Shown: piece by piece, positions 14,080-27,073 of the stretch
Layout of the letters: each line of letters opens with the position of its first letter
Position numbering within the stretch: the first letter of the stretch is position 1
Origin: Octopus vulgaris
Taxonomy: Eukaryota
Assembly: GCA_951406725.2 (NCBI GenBank)
Contig: OX597836.1
Location: forward strand, 32,922,001-32,986,000
Reading direction: 5' to 3'
DNA: 64,000 nt
Position numbers and translations under genes: made by a program
The notes under the pieces: generated by a model
The model's database searches: none
What the model saw: only the letters and a program-made list of their open reading frames with translations
What the model was told of the DNA's origin: nothing

Positions 14080-14200
14080 AGCAGGTATCCCCAAAAGAAA
14101 AAAAATCCAAGTTAGTCAAGTCTAGGGAACATGAAGGCCAGTTGACATTACTGTAGCGGGAGATTATTCTCTCCCCAAAGCACTGCTGTAACAACTGCTT
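14080..14200 (-). mobile_element. Tc1-like transposase fragment
   Basis: QLLQQCFGERIISRYSNVNWPSCSLDLTNLDFF resembles the WPPRSPDLTPLDFFLWG motif. Confidence 0.7.
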
Positions 14201-14313
14201 GTTTCTCTTGGAGTATGACAATAAATGCCACCAATCTACTCACTTGAAAACGAGTACCAGTCTAGTGCTCATACATCTGTCCCTGCCCTTACCCTTCCTC
14301 TGGCTGTCATATA

Positions 14314-14800
14314 CTCTTTACTCTTTACTCTTTTACTTGTTTCAGTCATTTGACTGCAGCCATGCTGGAGCACTGCCTTTAGTCGAGCAAATCGACCCCG
14401 GGACTTATTCTTTGTAAGCCCAGTACTTATTCTATCGGTCTCTTTTGCCGAACTGCTATGTTACGGGGACGTAAACACACCAGCATCGGTTGTCAAGCAA
14501 TGCTAGGGGGACAAACACAGACACACAAACATACACACACCACATATATATATATATATACACGCCAACGTCAGTTGTCAAGCGACGTTGTGGTGGACAA
14601 ACACACACACATATATATACATACTTATACATATATACGACGGGCTTCTTTCAGTTTCCGTCTACCAAATCCACTCACAAGGCTTTGGTCGGCCCGAGGC
14701 TATAGTAGAAGACACTTGCCCAAGATGCCACGCAGTGGGACTGAACCCAGAACCATGTGGTTGGTAAACAAGCTACTTACCACACAGCCACTCCTGCGCC
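14314..14800 (-). mobile_element. Family A SINE, full length, near consensus
   Basis: Tail tactcttttacttgtttcagtc through head ccacacagccactcctgcgcc. Confidence 0.88.
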
Positions 14801-14816
14801 TATATGTGTATATGCA

Positions 14817-14852
<36 letters not shown>

Positions 14853-14900
14853 TGTATGTATGTATGTATGTATGTATGTGTATATGTATATATGTATGTA

Positions 14901-15068
14901 ATAAATAGATAAATAAATAACAACAGTTAGATAATGTGTCAATACACTACAGCTGTTTCCAATGATTTTTTTTTGTAATGATGCAACGTCTCCTTTAATC
15001 AATTAAAAATTCTTTGGAAACAGGTGTAGAGGACTGACACATTATCTGTCTGTTATTTATTTATTTAT
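14901..15068. repeat. Fold-back palindrome with arms of about 65 bp
   Basis: 14901-14970 is the approximate reverse complement of 15005-15068. Confidence 0.75.
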
Positions 15069-15843
15069 TATTTACCTCACTTGGAACCTGCTCATTGCAT
15101 AGATCCAAAGTATATCATGGACCATACATTTAGTGCAATGTGTGTTCCCTGATTAGCCTCAGGGCTCATGATATACTCAGTCAGGTACAGTTAATCATAT
15201 ACATAACCTGAATATCTCTCTGCCTGTACTTTGGTACCCGCATATGTATTCCTCTATTTTTGTTGTGTACACGTATTATTTTTTGAGACCCAATCTGCTG
15301 CCTTACCATTTAAGTACCTGATTCACTCGAATCCTGAACTATTATATGTATTTATGTATGTATGTATATGTGTGTGTGTGCGTATGTGTTGTGTGCGTGT
15401 GTTGTGTGTCTGTGTTTGTTCCCCCCCCACCACCATTGCTTGGCAACCAATGTTGGCGTGTTTATTGTTTATGTCCCCCGTAACTTAGCGGTTCAGCAAA
15501 AGAGACCCATAGAATAAGTACCAGGCTTACAAAGAATAAGTCCTGGGGTCAATTTCTTCAACTAAAAAGCAGTGCTCCAGCATGGCCACACTCAAATGAC
15601 TGAAATAAATGAAAGAATAATAGAAAATATCTGACTATGTATTTTGTGTAACTGCATAAACATCATGATTTGTGCGTCAAGGAAGCCTCTATAGTGTCAC
15701 TTATGCTGCTAAAAATAACAGTTAAATCTCCATCAGATCATATGCTGCTATATCTGGGAAGAGAAGGAAAGAACACAATGGATGATGTCATCTTATATAC
15801 CCCACAAAAAAGACGAGGTGGTCATAGTTGAAACATCTTTGAT

Positions 15844-16017
15844 CATAGTCTACTCAGTGAGGTTCAGACCTAGGGCTAAACTAAACTACAGCAGTCATAG
15901 TCTACTAAGTGAGGCTCAGACCTAGGGCTAAACTAAACTACAGCAGCACCAACAGCAGTCATAGTCTACTGAGTGAGGCTCAGACCTAGGGCTAAACTAA
16001 AGTACAGCAGCACCAAC
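15844..16017. repeat. Three tandem copies of a 52-64-bp unit
   Basis: catagtctactNagtgaggYtcagacctagggctaaactaaa occurs three times. Confidence 0.9.
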
Positions 16018-16384
16018 CGCATGTAATTTACTGCCTGATAAGTCAATCGTAATATTAAGAGTTTCGCTAACGATTGTTAGTTATCTTGATGAATTCCTCA
16101 TTAAATCATAATTCCTCCTGTTGGGAGAACATAAAATATGAAAGCAAGTGTCAAAGAACACTTCAAGGCAGCCATCAAATTAGAATTATTCCTGCTCTTC
16201 TATTTACTTTTTCATAAATGTATAATGATGTATTATTACGATATATTATTTTGTAGGAGACACACAGATGGCTGTTGTTGTTGTTGTTGTCGTTATGGTG
16301 GTGGTGGTGTTTGTTATTTCAGTTGTTGCTGATGGTGATGGTGATGGTGATGATGTTGTTTAACCAGCAAGCAGATATTATAAA

Positions 16385-17397
16385 TCATCGTCGTCATCAT
16401 CATCATTTGATGTCCGTTTTCCATGCTAGCATGGGTTGGACGGTTCGACTGGGGCCTGGGAAGCCAGGAGGCTGCACCAGGCTCCAGTCTGATCTGGCAG
16501 TGTTTCTACAGCTGGATGCCCTTCCTAATGCCAACCACTCCCTGAGTGTAGTGAGTGCTTTTTACGTGCCACCGGCACAGGGGCCAGGTTTAAGGCTAGC
16601 GAACAGCCACGATCGGTTGGTGCTTTTTACGTGTCACTGACATGGACACCAATCAGGCAGTGCTGGCATCAGTCGTGCTGGCATCAGGCAGTGCTGGCAT
16701 CATGCTGTTCACATGTCACGGGCACGGTGTCACAACTACAATTTCCATTTGATTTTTATTTTGATGTCTTCTAATTTTGGCATGAGGCCATCACCTTTAG
16801 TGTACCTATTTCATTGGTACACAAGGACCAGTTGTAGAATCACTAAATATGTATGCACCATGGATTTTGAATTATTTTAAATGTCCTTGATTGTGAAATA
16901 TTTTTTTTTTACAATGATATAATGCACTCGTTAATCAATTAAAAAATTCGTTAGAAACGGCTGTAATGAATTGACACTTGTCCATCAATTGTTACTTATG
17001 TATGTATGTATGTATGTATCATCATCATCATCGTTTAGCGTCCGTTTTCCATGCTAGCATGGGTTGGACGGTTCTACTAGGGTCTGTGAAGCCAGAAGGC
17101 TTCATCAGGCCCAGTCAAATCTGGCAGTGTTTCTACGGCTGGATGCCCTTCCTAACGCCCACCACTCCATGAGTGTAGTGGGTGCTTTTTACGTGCCACC
17201 CGCACAGGTGCCAGACAGAGCTGGCAAACGGCCACGAACGGATGGTGCTTTTTATGTGCCACCGGCACAAGGGCCAGGCGAGGCTGGCAACGGACACGAA
17301 CGGATGGTGCTTTTTACGTGCCATCGGCACGAGGCCAGTCGGGGCGGTGCTGGCAACGGTCGCGAAACGGAAGGTTCTCTTACATGCCACCGGCACT
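16385..17397 (-). mobile_element. Two family C (RTE 3' end) copies, 16385-16740 and 17018-17397
   Basis: Each starts with (CAT)n then gtccgttttccatgctagcatgggttggacgg and contains internal ggtgctttttacgtgccaccggcac repeats. Confidence 0.8.
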
Positions 17398-17757
17398 GTA
17401 TGTATATATGTATGTATGTGTGTGTGTATGTCTGTCTGTCTGTCTGTATGTATGTATGTATGTGTGTGTCTTTGTGTTTGTCCTTCACCACCACTTGACA
17501 ACCAGTCTTGGTTTGTTTACATCACTGTAACCTGGCAGTTCAGCAAAGGAGACCAATAGAATTAGTACTAGGCTTAACAAAATAGAGGACTAGAGGTTGA
17601 TTCATTTGACTAAAACTCTTCCAGTCAGTTCTCCTATATGGCATTAAACCAATGAGGAAACAAGTAAAAAATTAAAAGAACCACACGTACACACACACAC
17701 ACACATACAAACACACACACATACAGACAAGAGACATTTTACTCTCTCTACTATTTT

Positions 17758-17961
17758 ATTCTTTTACTTGTTTCAGTCATGTGACTGTGGCCATGCTGGA
17801 GCACCACCTTTAGTCGAGCAAATCGACCCCAGGACTTATTCTTTGTAAGCCTAGTACTTAATCTATCAGTCTCTTTTGCCAAAGCGCTAAGTTACAGGGA
17901 CGTAAACACACCACCATCAGTTGTTAAGCGATGTTGGGGGGACAAATACAGACACACAAAC

Positions 17962-18016
<55 letters not shown>

Positions 18017-18182
18017 TACGATGGGCTTCTTTCAGTTTCCATCTACCAAATCCACTCACAAGGCTTTGGTTGGCCTGAGGCTATAGTAGAAGACACTTGC
18101 CCAAGGTGCCACACAGTGGGACTGAACCCAGAGCCATGTGGTTGGTAAGCAAGCTACTTACCACACAGCCACCCCTATGCCT
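17758..18182 (-). mobile_element. Family A SINE, full length, ending about 70 nt upstream of the exon acceptor
   Basis: Complete tail-to-head match. Confidence 0.88.
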
Positions 18183-18213
18183 ATTTCTTATATCTTTATT
18201 TTTTCCTCTCTAA

Positions 18214-18402
<189 letters not shown>

Positions 18403-18547
18403 TAAGTTATTTCAAACACCTACAGTTTTTTTTTATTTTTTAAATAATTACTTACAACAGAAGCAGTAACAATACCAAAAATATAATCATGATCTACCTC
18501 TGACCTATCATTGAGGCTGTGTTATGGCAGAATACGCACAGCTGTGG

Positions 18548-19205
18548 CTTCTTCTTCTTCTTCTTCTTCTTCTTCTTCTTCTTCTTCTTCTTCTTCTTCT
18601 TCTTCTTCTTCTTCTTCTTCTTCTTCTTCTTCTTCTTCTTCTTCTTCTTCTTCTTCTTCTTCTTCTTCTTCTTCTTCTTCTTCTTCTTCTTCTTCTTCTT
18701 CTTCTTCTTCTTCTTCTTCTTCTTCTTCAATCAGGACTCACGCCATTAGCCACAAAGAATAATCTCTAATTCGAGCCTACTCTAAGCTACTAAGAATGCA
18801 TGTGGCAACTTGAAGATCCACCCACCACACACGATAGACTGGTGGTTGCACGGGCGTGAAAGCTACATTGTTATCCTCATTCCATAAACGGTGGCTTTTA
18901 ACGGGTGGAGAGCTGAACCATCCTGGGGTACAGAGGATTCGCAATCTAGACTAGGGTCTGAAAGTTTACCACACCATAGTGGGTTACACCATGGTTCCTC
19001 TGCTTTGTGGCAGAAGTAGGAAGAAAGCATGAGAGAAAGTGGTGGTGAAAGAGTACAGCAGGGTTCATCACCCCACCCCGCTGGCGCCTTGTGGAGCTCA
19101 GGTGTTTTTGCTCAATAAACACTCACAATGCCTGGTCTGGGAATCGAAACCATGTTCTTACGACCACTAGTCCACTGCCCTAACCACTGGGCCATTGCAA
19201 CTCCA
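18548..19205 (-). mobile_element. tRNA-derived SINE with a (GAA)~60 tail and a 13-bp TSD
   Basis: Minus-strand head has A-box tggcccagtgg and B-box ggtttcgattccc. The pure (CTT)n run is 18548-18728. TSD cacagctgtggct (18537-18549) / cacagttgtggct (19206-19218). Confidence 0.8.
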
Positions 19206-19314
19206 CACAGTTGTGGCTGTGTGGTATGGATGTGATGATGGAAGAAATGCCACTAAGCATTTTGTCTGGCATTCTAACGATTTTATTCAGCATATTCCTG
19301 TCTCAGATTCACAC

Positions 19315-19672
19315 ACTTACTGAAGCAGTCCTTCAGTTTTGCTAAGCTTTGTAAAAGAACTTGGAAGGTTGGGCTTCCAACTAGGCCTTGCATGATACCC
19401 TTAAAGCCAGGAACATTCCAGCACTCCCATGCATGTATATATAATATATATACAAGGAGATGCTGAAAAGTGTCTGGCTTTAAGGGTATTGTGAAAGGTC
19501 TGGTTGGACACCCAACCCAAGTTCTCCCAAGTTCTTTTTCAGGGTTTAGAAAAACTGAAGGACTGCTGTAGTAAGTATGTGTCTCTGAGAGGGAAATATG
19601 TTGAATAAAATTATAATTAACTGATCCTCATGTATTTTCTTTCACCCAAAACCAGGGACTTTTCAGCACCTC
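19315..19672. mobile_element. Two head-to-head copies of a mariner-derived MITE (others at about 34905-35070 and 45285-45477)
   Basis: Inverted ends tacaaggagatgctgaaaag…cttttcagcacctc. The internal cagggtttagaaaaactgaaggac is shared among copies. Confidence 0.7.
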
Positions 19673-19714
19673 AAACTGTGACATCAAACAAGAACAATCC
19701 ACAAAAGACTTCAT

Positions 19715-20023
19715 GTTGTTGTTCGTTCCTTCTTGAGCCATACCTGGCTCATAAGGGCTAGTTTCCCCTGTTTCATTGGCATACAGGTTCCCCACCTGGA
19801 TGGGATGCTGGTCCGTCGGAGGTGAGCTGCTAGATGCAGGAGGAAAGAGTGAGGGAAAATTGTGGCGAAAGAGTCAGCAGAAGTTCACCATTACCTTCTG
19901 ACAGAGCTGTGTGGAGCTTAGGTGTTTCACTCATAAACACACACATCACCTGATCTGAGATTCAAACCCACGATCCCTTGACCACGAGTCCACTGCTCCA
20001 ACCACTAGGCTATGTGCCTCCAC
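19715..20023 (-). mobile_element. tRNA-derived SINE with a short (CAA)n tail
   Basis: Minus-strand head gtggaggcacatagcctagtggtt…gggtttgaatctc (A and B boxes), related to the head of the 18548-19205 element. Confidence 0.75.
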
Positions 20024-20451
20024 ACAAAAGACTCTATACTCCACAAAAATTTATAAAACCGTCACAAGCTTGTGTTATTATTGTGGTTTTTGGTTGTGGG
20101 GTTAATGTTGTTGTGAGTTAGTATATTAGGTTGTATCATTGTCGAAGATGTTGTTCCTCTATGAATTGTGGTGTAAGACCAAGCTGGCTGCATACATTGC
20201 TACAGAAGCAAGTCTGTGAGTACCTAACAACAGATTACATCAAGCTAAGTAAAAACACTGTCATCCATGCAGGTGCCGGTGCTACACTTTACAGGTGCCA
20301 GTGCCACATAAAATGCACACATGTTGGTGCTGCATAAATGCATGCATGCTAGTGGCATGTAAAAAGCACCCAGCACACTCTGTAAAGTGGTTGGGATTAG
20401 GAAGGGCATCCAGCCATAGAAACCATGCAACAACAGACAATTAGAGGTTGG

Positions 20452-20731
20452 CCAGCTCCCTGGCTACACAGCTCCCTGGCTGCACAGCTCCCTGGCTGCA
20501 CAACTCCTTCGCTGCACAGCTCCCTGGCTGGACAGCTCCCTGGCTGCACAGCTCCCTGGCTGCACAGCTCCCTGGCTGCACAGCTCCCTGGCTGGGCAGC
20601 TCCCAGGCTGCACAGCTCCCTGGCTGCACAGTTTCTTGGCTGCACAGCTCCCTGGCTGGGCAGCTCCCTAGTTGCACAGCTCCCTGGTTGCACAGCTCCC
20701 TGGCTGCAGAGCTCCCTGGCTGCACAGCTCC
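20452..20731. repeat. GC-rich 16-bp minisatellite (CAGCTCCCTGGCTGCA, about 17 copies) inside a family C element
   Basis: Unit read directly. The family C core lies upstream and its tail downstream. Confidence 0.92.
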
Positions 20732-21429
20732 TGTCAAACTGTCCAACACATGCTGGCATGGGCTGGACATGCAAGTGGATGAGCACTCCACAGACACACG
20801 TCCCCTTAACGTAGTTCCCAGGGAGATTCAGTATGACACAGAATGTGACCAGACTGACCCCTTTGAAATACCGGTACCATTCATTTTTACCAGCCGAGTG
20901 GACTGGAGCATGGAAAGCAGACGTTAAACAACTATGATGATGACAAAGGCTAAGCATGTATACATACATAAATCATTGAATCTTCGCTGGTAACGAGTCT
21001 ATGATGTAGGGATCAACTTAACTGTATTTTCTCAGCCATCAGTTATTTTGAAGATGGAAGACTGCTGAACATGTTGAAGCTTTTTTCTAGATTTACTTAG
21101 CAAGAGTTGAGACATGTGATGCTTGAAATACCATCAGAGCTTTTCTCTGGTCTAACTTTTAGCAAGAAGTAAGTCATGTGTTCTTTGTGGTGGTCTCGAA
21201 CCTCTGATCTTAGATCTTTGTGGGTACTGCTTATTACACAAGAAAAGTACATGAATCTCAAGAACATTTGAGATGATGTTCACAATATAGCTTCAAGCTG
21301 ATTGGTCAATATTTAGATTGGTCATATGAAAATGCTGTGGTCCATTTATGACAGTAAACTGGTAATACCATAGTTGGGGGTTCAAATCCCCAAAAATCAA
21401 AAGTGGAAGTTGCAGCATTTTTAAGTTTA

Positions 21430-21570
21430 TTTCTTTAGATTCAGGTTGTTAGATATCTGGAACAAACTCCCAACAGATGTTGTGGTAACTCCTCCCAGCC
21501 ATCACCCTCCTCTACCTTCTCCTCATCATCACTTTTGAATTCTTTCAAGTTGAACCTTGATAGGATCTGA
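21430..21570 (+). mobile_element. CR1/L2-like LINE ORF2 C-terminal remnant
   Basis: FFRFRLLDIWNKLPTDVVVTPPS…LNSFKLNLDRI* resembles the RVVxxWNxLPxxVV…SFKxxLD end of CR1/L2 ORF2. Confidence 0.6.
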
Positions 21571-22019
21571 CAGGGCCACTGATTTCATTAGCTGGGGACT
21601 AAAGTGAATTAACTGACTGACCCAAGGGAATAATGTTTTCATAACTCAAGCAGAAGGGACAGTAAAAGACAAAAAAACATCTAAGAAACATCTTAGCTCA
21701 TGACTGAACCAAATTGCTGCTTCACTCACAGAAAAGGTCTGTGGACAGCCTAACAACAGAACCTTTGCATTATCAGTCAACCTGCAAAAAAAAAAATAAA
21801 TAGCAACCTAATCCCTCTCAAAATATGCCTTAACCATATTAAAAACAGAATAGGGCTTGGCTTTGTTGTCATTGCTTAGCCTTTAGATATTCTGAGTTCA
21901 AATTCCACCGAGTTGACATTGCTTTTCATTCTTTTGGGGTCGATAAAATAAAGTACCAGTCAAATACTGGAGATGATGTAATTGACTTTCCCCTCCCCTC
22001 AAAAGCTGCTGGCCCTTTG

Positions 22020-22305
22020 CCAAAATTTACTAGGATTTTAACTGGCACCCCATCAGTTATGATGACAAGGGTTCCTGTTGATTCAATGAACAAAAACAGC
22101 CTGCTTGTGAAATTAACATGCAAGTGGCTGAGTACTCCACAGACATGCATATCCAAAATGCAGTTCTCAGTGAGATATAGAATGACACAGGATGTGACCA
22201 GGCTGGCCCTTTAAAATACAGGTACAACTAATTTTAGCCAGCAAAGGGAAATAAAGTGTCTTGCTCAAGGACAGGATATGCTGCCAGGAATTGAACTCAC
22301 AACCC
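22020..22305 (-). mobile_element. tRNA-derived SINE of another family (a further fragment at 20765-20907)
   Basis: Minus-strand ggttgtgagttcaattcctggc…tccttgagcaagacactttattt head region. Confidence 0.6.
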
Positions 22306-23095
22306 TTTTATCCAAATATTTCCCCTTTCCATGTAGCTTTAATTTTAGACTGCAAGCCTTAACTCTGAAAACCCAACTCTGAACCCTAACCATAACGCCT
22401 TAAACATAGCCATAAACCAAATTTTCCTTACAGGGTCTTGATCTCCTATGCTTAAAACATATGTTTAATGCATGGCAAAGTGTGAGTTGAAGGACATTTG
22501 GCAGCTATTTCTAGCAGGTTTTCTCATTAGGTTATGACGTTGGTGATGATTGTGATGGTGGCAGTGGGCGGTTGTGTTTATTAAATTTTATGATAAGAAA
22601 ATCAATCTCCCTGCCACCACATACCACATCCCCATGTAATAAATTACACAGGGATGTGGTATGTAGTGGTGGAGAGGTTGAAAATATTAATGTAATCACC
22701 TGTACATTAATATTCATTTCCAACCAACTCGTGATTATCACCTGCCGTTGAGTGTTTATCCCACATTACTTTAAATTACCGTTCTCCTACCAGCATTACT
22801 AAAATCCCCCAGGACTCCACAGTCCACCTCGATATTCTGTTAGTTAATCCTCCCAAAATCCTTCTCACCAATTAACACCAGTCCCAGTGGAGCTGTGTTA
22901 ATTGCTTCTAGAATCGTGTTTACCTTAACAAATTTTCTTTAGGAAATTTACTCAAGTAAACCAACTTGTTCCAATATGAAACAGAGAAAAAGAAAAAAAG
23001 GAGGAAGAAATGAACTATCCATCCACTTACCCACTCATATACACATTCATACATTCCAAAATATAAATATCTAGGAAAAAAATTTCAAAAGCAAA

Positions 23096-23883
23096 GGCGC
23101 AGGAGTGGCTGTGTGGTAAGTAGCTTGCTAACCAACCACATGGTTCTGGGTTCAGTCCCACTGCGTGGCATCTTGGGCAAGTGTCTTCTGCTATAGCCCC
23201 GGGCCGACCAATGCCTTGTGAGTGGATTTGGTAGACGGAAACTGAAAGAAGCCTGTTGTATATATGTATATATATGTATGTATGTGTTTGTGTGTCTGTG
23301 TTTGTCCCCCTAGCGTTGCTTGACAACCGATGCTGGTGTGTTTACGTCCCCGTCACTTAGCGGTTCGGCATAAGAGACCGAAAGAATAAATCCTGGGCTT
23401 ACAAAGAATAAGTCCCCGGGTCGATCTCCTCGACTAAAGGCGGTGCTCCAGCATGGCCGCAGTCAAATGACTGAAACAAGTAAAAGAGAGAGAGTAAGAG
23501 AGTATGTGTCCTTTTTATGTCAGTATTTTCCCTTTGTGGGTGAATGGTTAAGAAGCTTGCTTCCCAACGATGTGGTCTTGGGTTCAGTCCCATTGCATGG
23601 CACTTTGGCTGAATGTCTTCTACTCTAAACAACACTGAGCTGACTAAAGCCTCGTGAATGGATTTTATTATTCTTTTATTCTTTTACTTGTGTCAATCAT
23701 TTGACTGCGGCCATGCTGGAGCACCGCCTTTAGTCGAGCAAATCGACTCCGGGACTTATTCTTTGTAGGCCTAGTACTTATTCTATCAGTCACTTTGCCC
23801 GAACCGCTAAGTTACGGGGACGTAAACACACCAACATCGGTCGTCAAGCAATGTTGTGGGGACAAACACAGAAAAATAAACAT

Positions 23884-23951
<68 letters not shown>

Positions 23952-24105
23952 TATATACGATGGACTTCCTTCAGCTTCCGTCCACCAAATCTAGTCCCAA
24001 GGTTTTGGTCAGCCCTAGGCTATAGTAGAACATACTTGCCCGAGGTGCCATGCAATGGGACTGAAACTGGAACCATGTGGTTGGTAAGCAAGCCACTTAC
24101 CACAC
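23096..24105. mobile_element. Family A SINE cluster: full + copy 23096-23500, partial + copy 23545-23665, full - copy 23672-24105
   Basis: Direct matches to the family A head and tail. Confidence 0.85.
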
Positions 24106-24765
24106 ATTGATAGAAACGGTTTGAAAGCCTATCAAACCTATGTATGTATGTATGTATGTATGTATGTATGTATGTATGTATGTATGTATGTATGTGTGTG
24201 TGTGTATGTATGTATGTATGTATGTGTGTCTGTATGTATGTGTGTGTGTGTCTGTATGTATGTATGTATGTATGTATGTGTGTGTGTCTGTATATGTATG
24301 TATGTGTGTGTGTATATCTGTCTGTATGTATGTATGTATGTGTATGTATGTATGTATGTATGTATGTATGTGTGTGTGTTTATATGTGTGCGTGTGTATA
24401 TGTATATATCTGTGTTCTTTAGATATCAAGTGACATCATCAATTTTAGTAAATAAATAAACTCATTATTTACCTTATTTTTTTTGTGGTAGGAGTTCCTA
24501 TGTAGATTTTCGAATTGTCAAAAAAATATGGAATTAGTATGGTGTTTGTTTATATTTTGTTTATGAAATAAATTAGTTATTCAACGACATTGCTCTTGGT
24601 TGAATTAATGAATGTCTAAAGTTCAATTTGATTTGGCTTTTCTTTTTGTTAGCATTTACAAAAATTTTTACCAATTTGTTAAAATTTCACCAATTTGGAT
24701 TACCTTGATAATGTTGTGCTGACATAAATTTTCGTACATATAGTTAATTTTAATAGTGTGTGTGT

Positions 24766-25226
24766 GAATGATGATGATGGCAATCCCTCAAGGTCGAGGA
24801 TGATGGTCTTCGCGCAAATTTACTGGTGAGTCCGTAGGTGACCGATAAGACCAATTTTTGCTTGAAAAGATCGGTCACAGTGCGGACATCTAGTGCCGGA
24901 AGGGAGAGTCGCACGTGGTTGTTGTTGGCACTCCTTCCATCGTTGTCTTTTCTCCTCCAGCACTGCAGACCATTTCGACTCAAAAGTCGCTGTTCCCTCA
25001 TGGATGGTGGTTTTCCAGAGTGGTCTGTTTTTTGCCGTTTCCTCCCAGTTAGTGAAGTCGATGTCACACTTTTTGAGGTTCGTTTTCAGGGAGTCCTTGT
25101 AGCGTTTCTTCTGGCCTCCTTTTGTACACTTGCCATCTTTGAGTTGGGAGTAGAAGATTTGTTTGGGAAGTCGTTCGTCAGTTATTCTAACCACATGGCC
25201 GCTCCATCTTAGTTGGCGTTTGATGA
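24766..25226 (-). mobile_element. 5'-truncated RTE-clade (BovB-like) LINE: ORF2 C-terminus with C2H2 finger and (CAT)n tail
   Basis: KRQLRWSGHVVRITDERLPKQIFYSQLKDGKCTKGGQKKRYKDSLK…CPHCDRSFQAKIGLIGHLRTH* in an uninterrupted frame, then a short 3'UTR and tail. Confidence 0.9.
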
Positions 25227-25641
25227 ATATATATATGTATGTATATGTCAATGCGATTGAAGCAGTTGTTGGATTTTTAAGGTGTAATCTAAAATAAAGA
25301 TATGATTTTCTTCATACATGTTATTGGTTGTAGTTTAAATACTCTGAATTTCTTAAAATTCTGCATAAGGATTGTTGGATTTACCTGTCATACATGAGGA
25401 TTTACCTGGGATTTGTATTCTATATACATTTACTTGTATCGGATTGTTGGAAATTTAACCTGTTTCCTTTATACTGAGTGTTTACTCCATATCTGCCAGG
25501 ATTTTTTAATCCCATTTTTTTCTTTTATATATACATACATACACATACATACATACATATATATATATATATGCATGTATGTATATGTGTATGTGCGTAT
25601 ATATATATGTATGTATGTATGTGCATATGTATGTATATATG

Positions 25642-25674
<33 letters not shown>

Positions 25675-27073
25675 ATGTGTGTGTGTGTATGTGTGTCTGT
25701 GTGTGTGTGTGTGTGTGTATGGCAAGTAGAAAATAGAAGGAATCCAGAGATGGTATTCATCAGCTGTTAGACATTATATTATGTCTATTTATTTATTTTA
25801 AACAGTCCAGATAATATATATAAATACATGTGTAAAGTACTAGTAATTTTCTTCTTGCCATATAAATTAAAGGTAAAACCAATTATTACCCTCGCCTAGT
25901 TATTATACACTGTAGAGTAATTGCCATGCAATAACCAACACTTGTGTATTAATTAGGTATTCTGCCAGCAGTATATTGGATAGATATTATCCCTTAGTTG
26001 GTTGGATTCACAACCTCTAACTCACTTTGAATGATATGTATGTATGTATACATATATGTGTAGGTGTATATATTTGGATGTATGCATGTATGTATATATG
26101 TCTCTTTATTATTTTTGGCAAATACATGGGGAGGGCACCTCTTCTGGAATAGAAGACATTAAAAATTCTAAGACAAAATAATAGCAGTCATCTTGCAAAG
26201 CACTGGAATCTTCTATGGCAACTGGGAGAGTGGCAAAAGTGTTGTACAAGCTTTTGTCACTTAAATCCAATGATGTCTTATTATCATTCCATTTCTTGAT
26301 CCATTTTGTATTTTATAAACTCTGAGGGTGGTGGATGCACAGTGTGAAAAATTGTATTTGTGTGCATTTAAAGATGAAAGTAAATCGGTGTTCACTGCAT
26401 CTATGCATCTGCTATAAACTCCTCTTTCTCTAATAATCTTTCTGTGATTCTACTGCACCACTTATGTGTCCATAGTTTGCACTGAGCTCTCTGTATGGAA
26501 TTTCTACAAACACCCTTTCTACATATCAGACGGGGCCATTTACCTTAAGGGATTAGCATTCTGTCTGCTTCTATTTGTTTCCTTGCTAACTAGAACTTAG
26601 GTCTTTGCTGAGTATACTTTAAGGTTCTTTGATCCCAGGTTTTGCGTCTACACCTGGAATTGCTTTTCTGATTCTATTCTAAATGAGAGGAGCTTTCAAA
26701 GCTAATAATGCAGTATTTGGTGTTCTAACAGGGCATCCATGTTAAGTTGGACAGAAAGATTGCCTTTTCGTATTAATACAGCTCCCATTTCTAATAGTTA
26801 ATTTTTAATAAGCCTGTTGACTATTTGCAACATCAGTGTCTGAAAAGTATGAGATGATCTGAGGAGGTCCAAGAATTAAAATGCCTTATGCATATATATA
26901 TATATCGTGAAGTGTATTTGCCACTTAAATGTGGCTAACCCATAAGGGTGGATGCTACTGTAGCTTGTAGCCCCAGGAGGTCACCTCCTCCAGCTGGCTA
27001 TTGACACACTTTCTATGCCCTATCAGTATTTGCAAAGGGAAGCCATCCTTCCCATCTTCAATCTGACATGATA

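Noticed and set aside
20397-20969. Repeat-protein-like ORFs and a superficial CRISPR-like periodicity
   Set aside because: A 16-bp tandem unit with no unique spacers inside a retroelement 3'UTR; eukaryotic context and no cas genes.
22869-22905. Small hairpin caattaaca…tgttaattg
   Set aside because: Too short for a pre-miRNA and expected by chance in 64 kb of AT-rich sequence.
26205-26265. Walker A-like peptide GNWESGKS on the + strand
   Set aside because: A stop follows within 8 codons and there is no other NTPase motif; likely chance.
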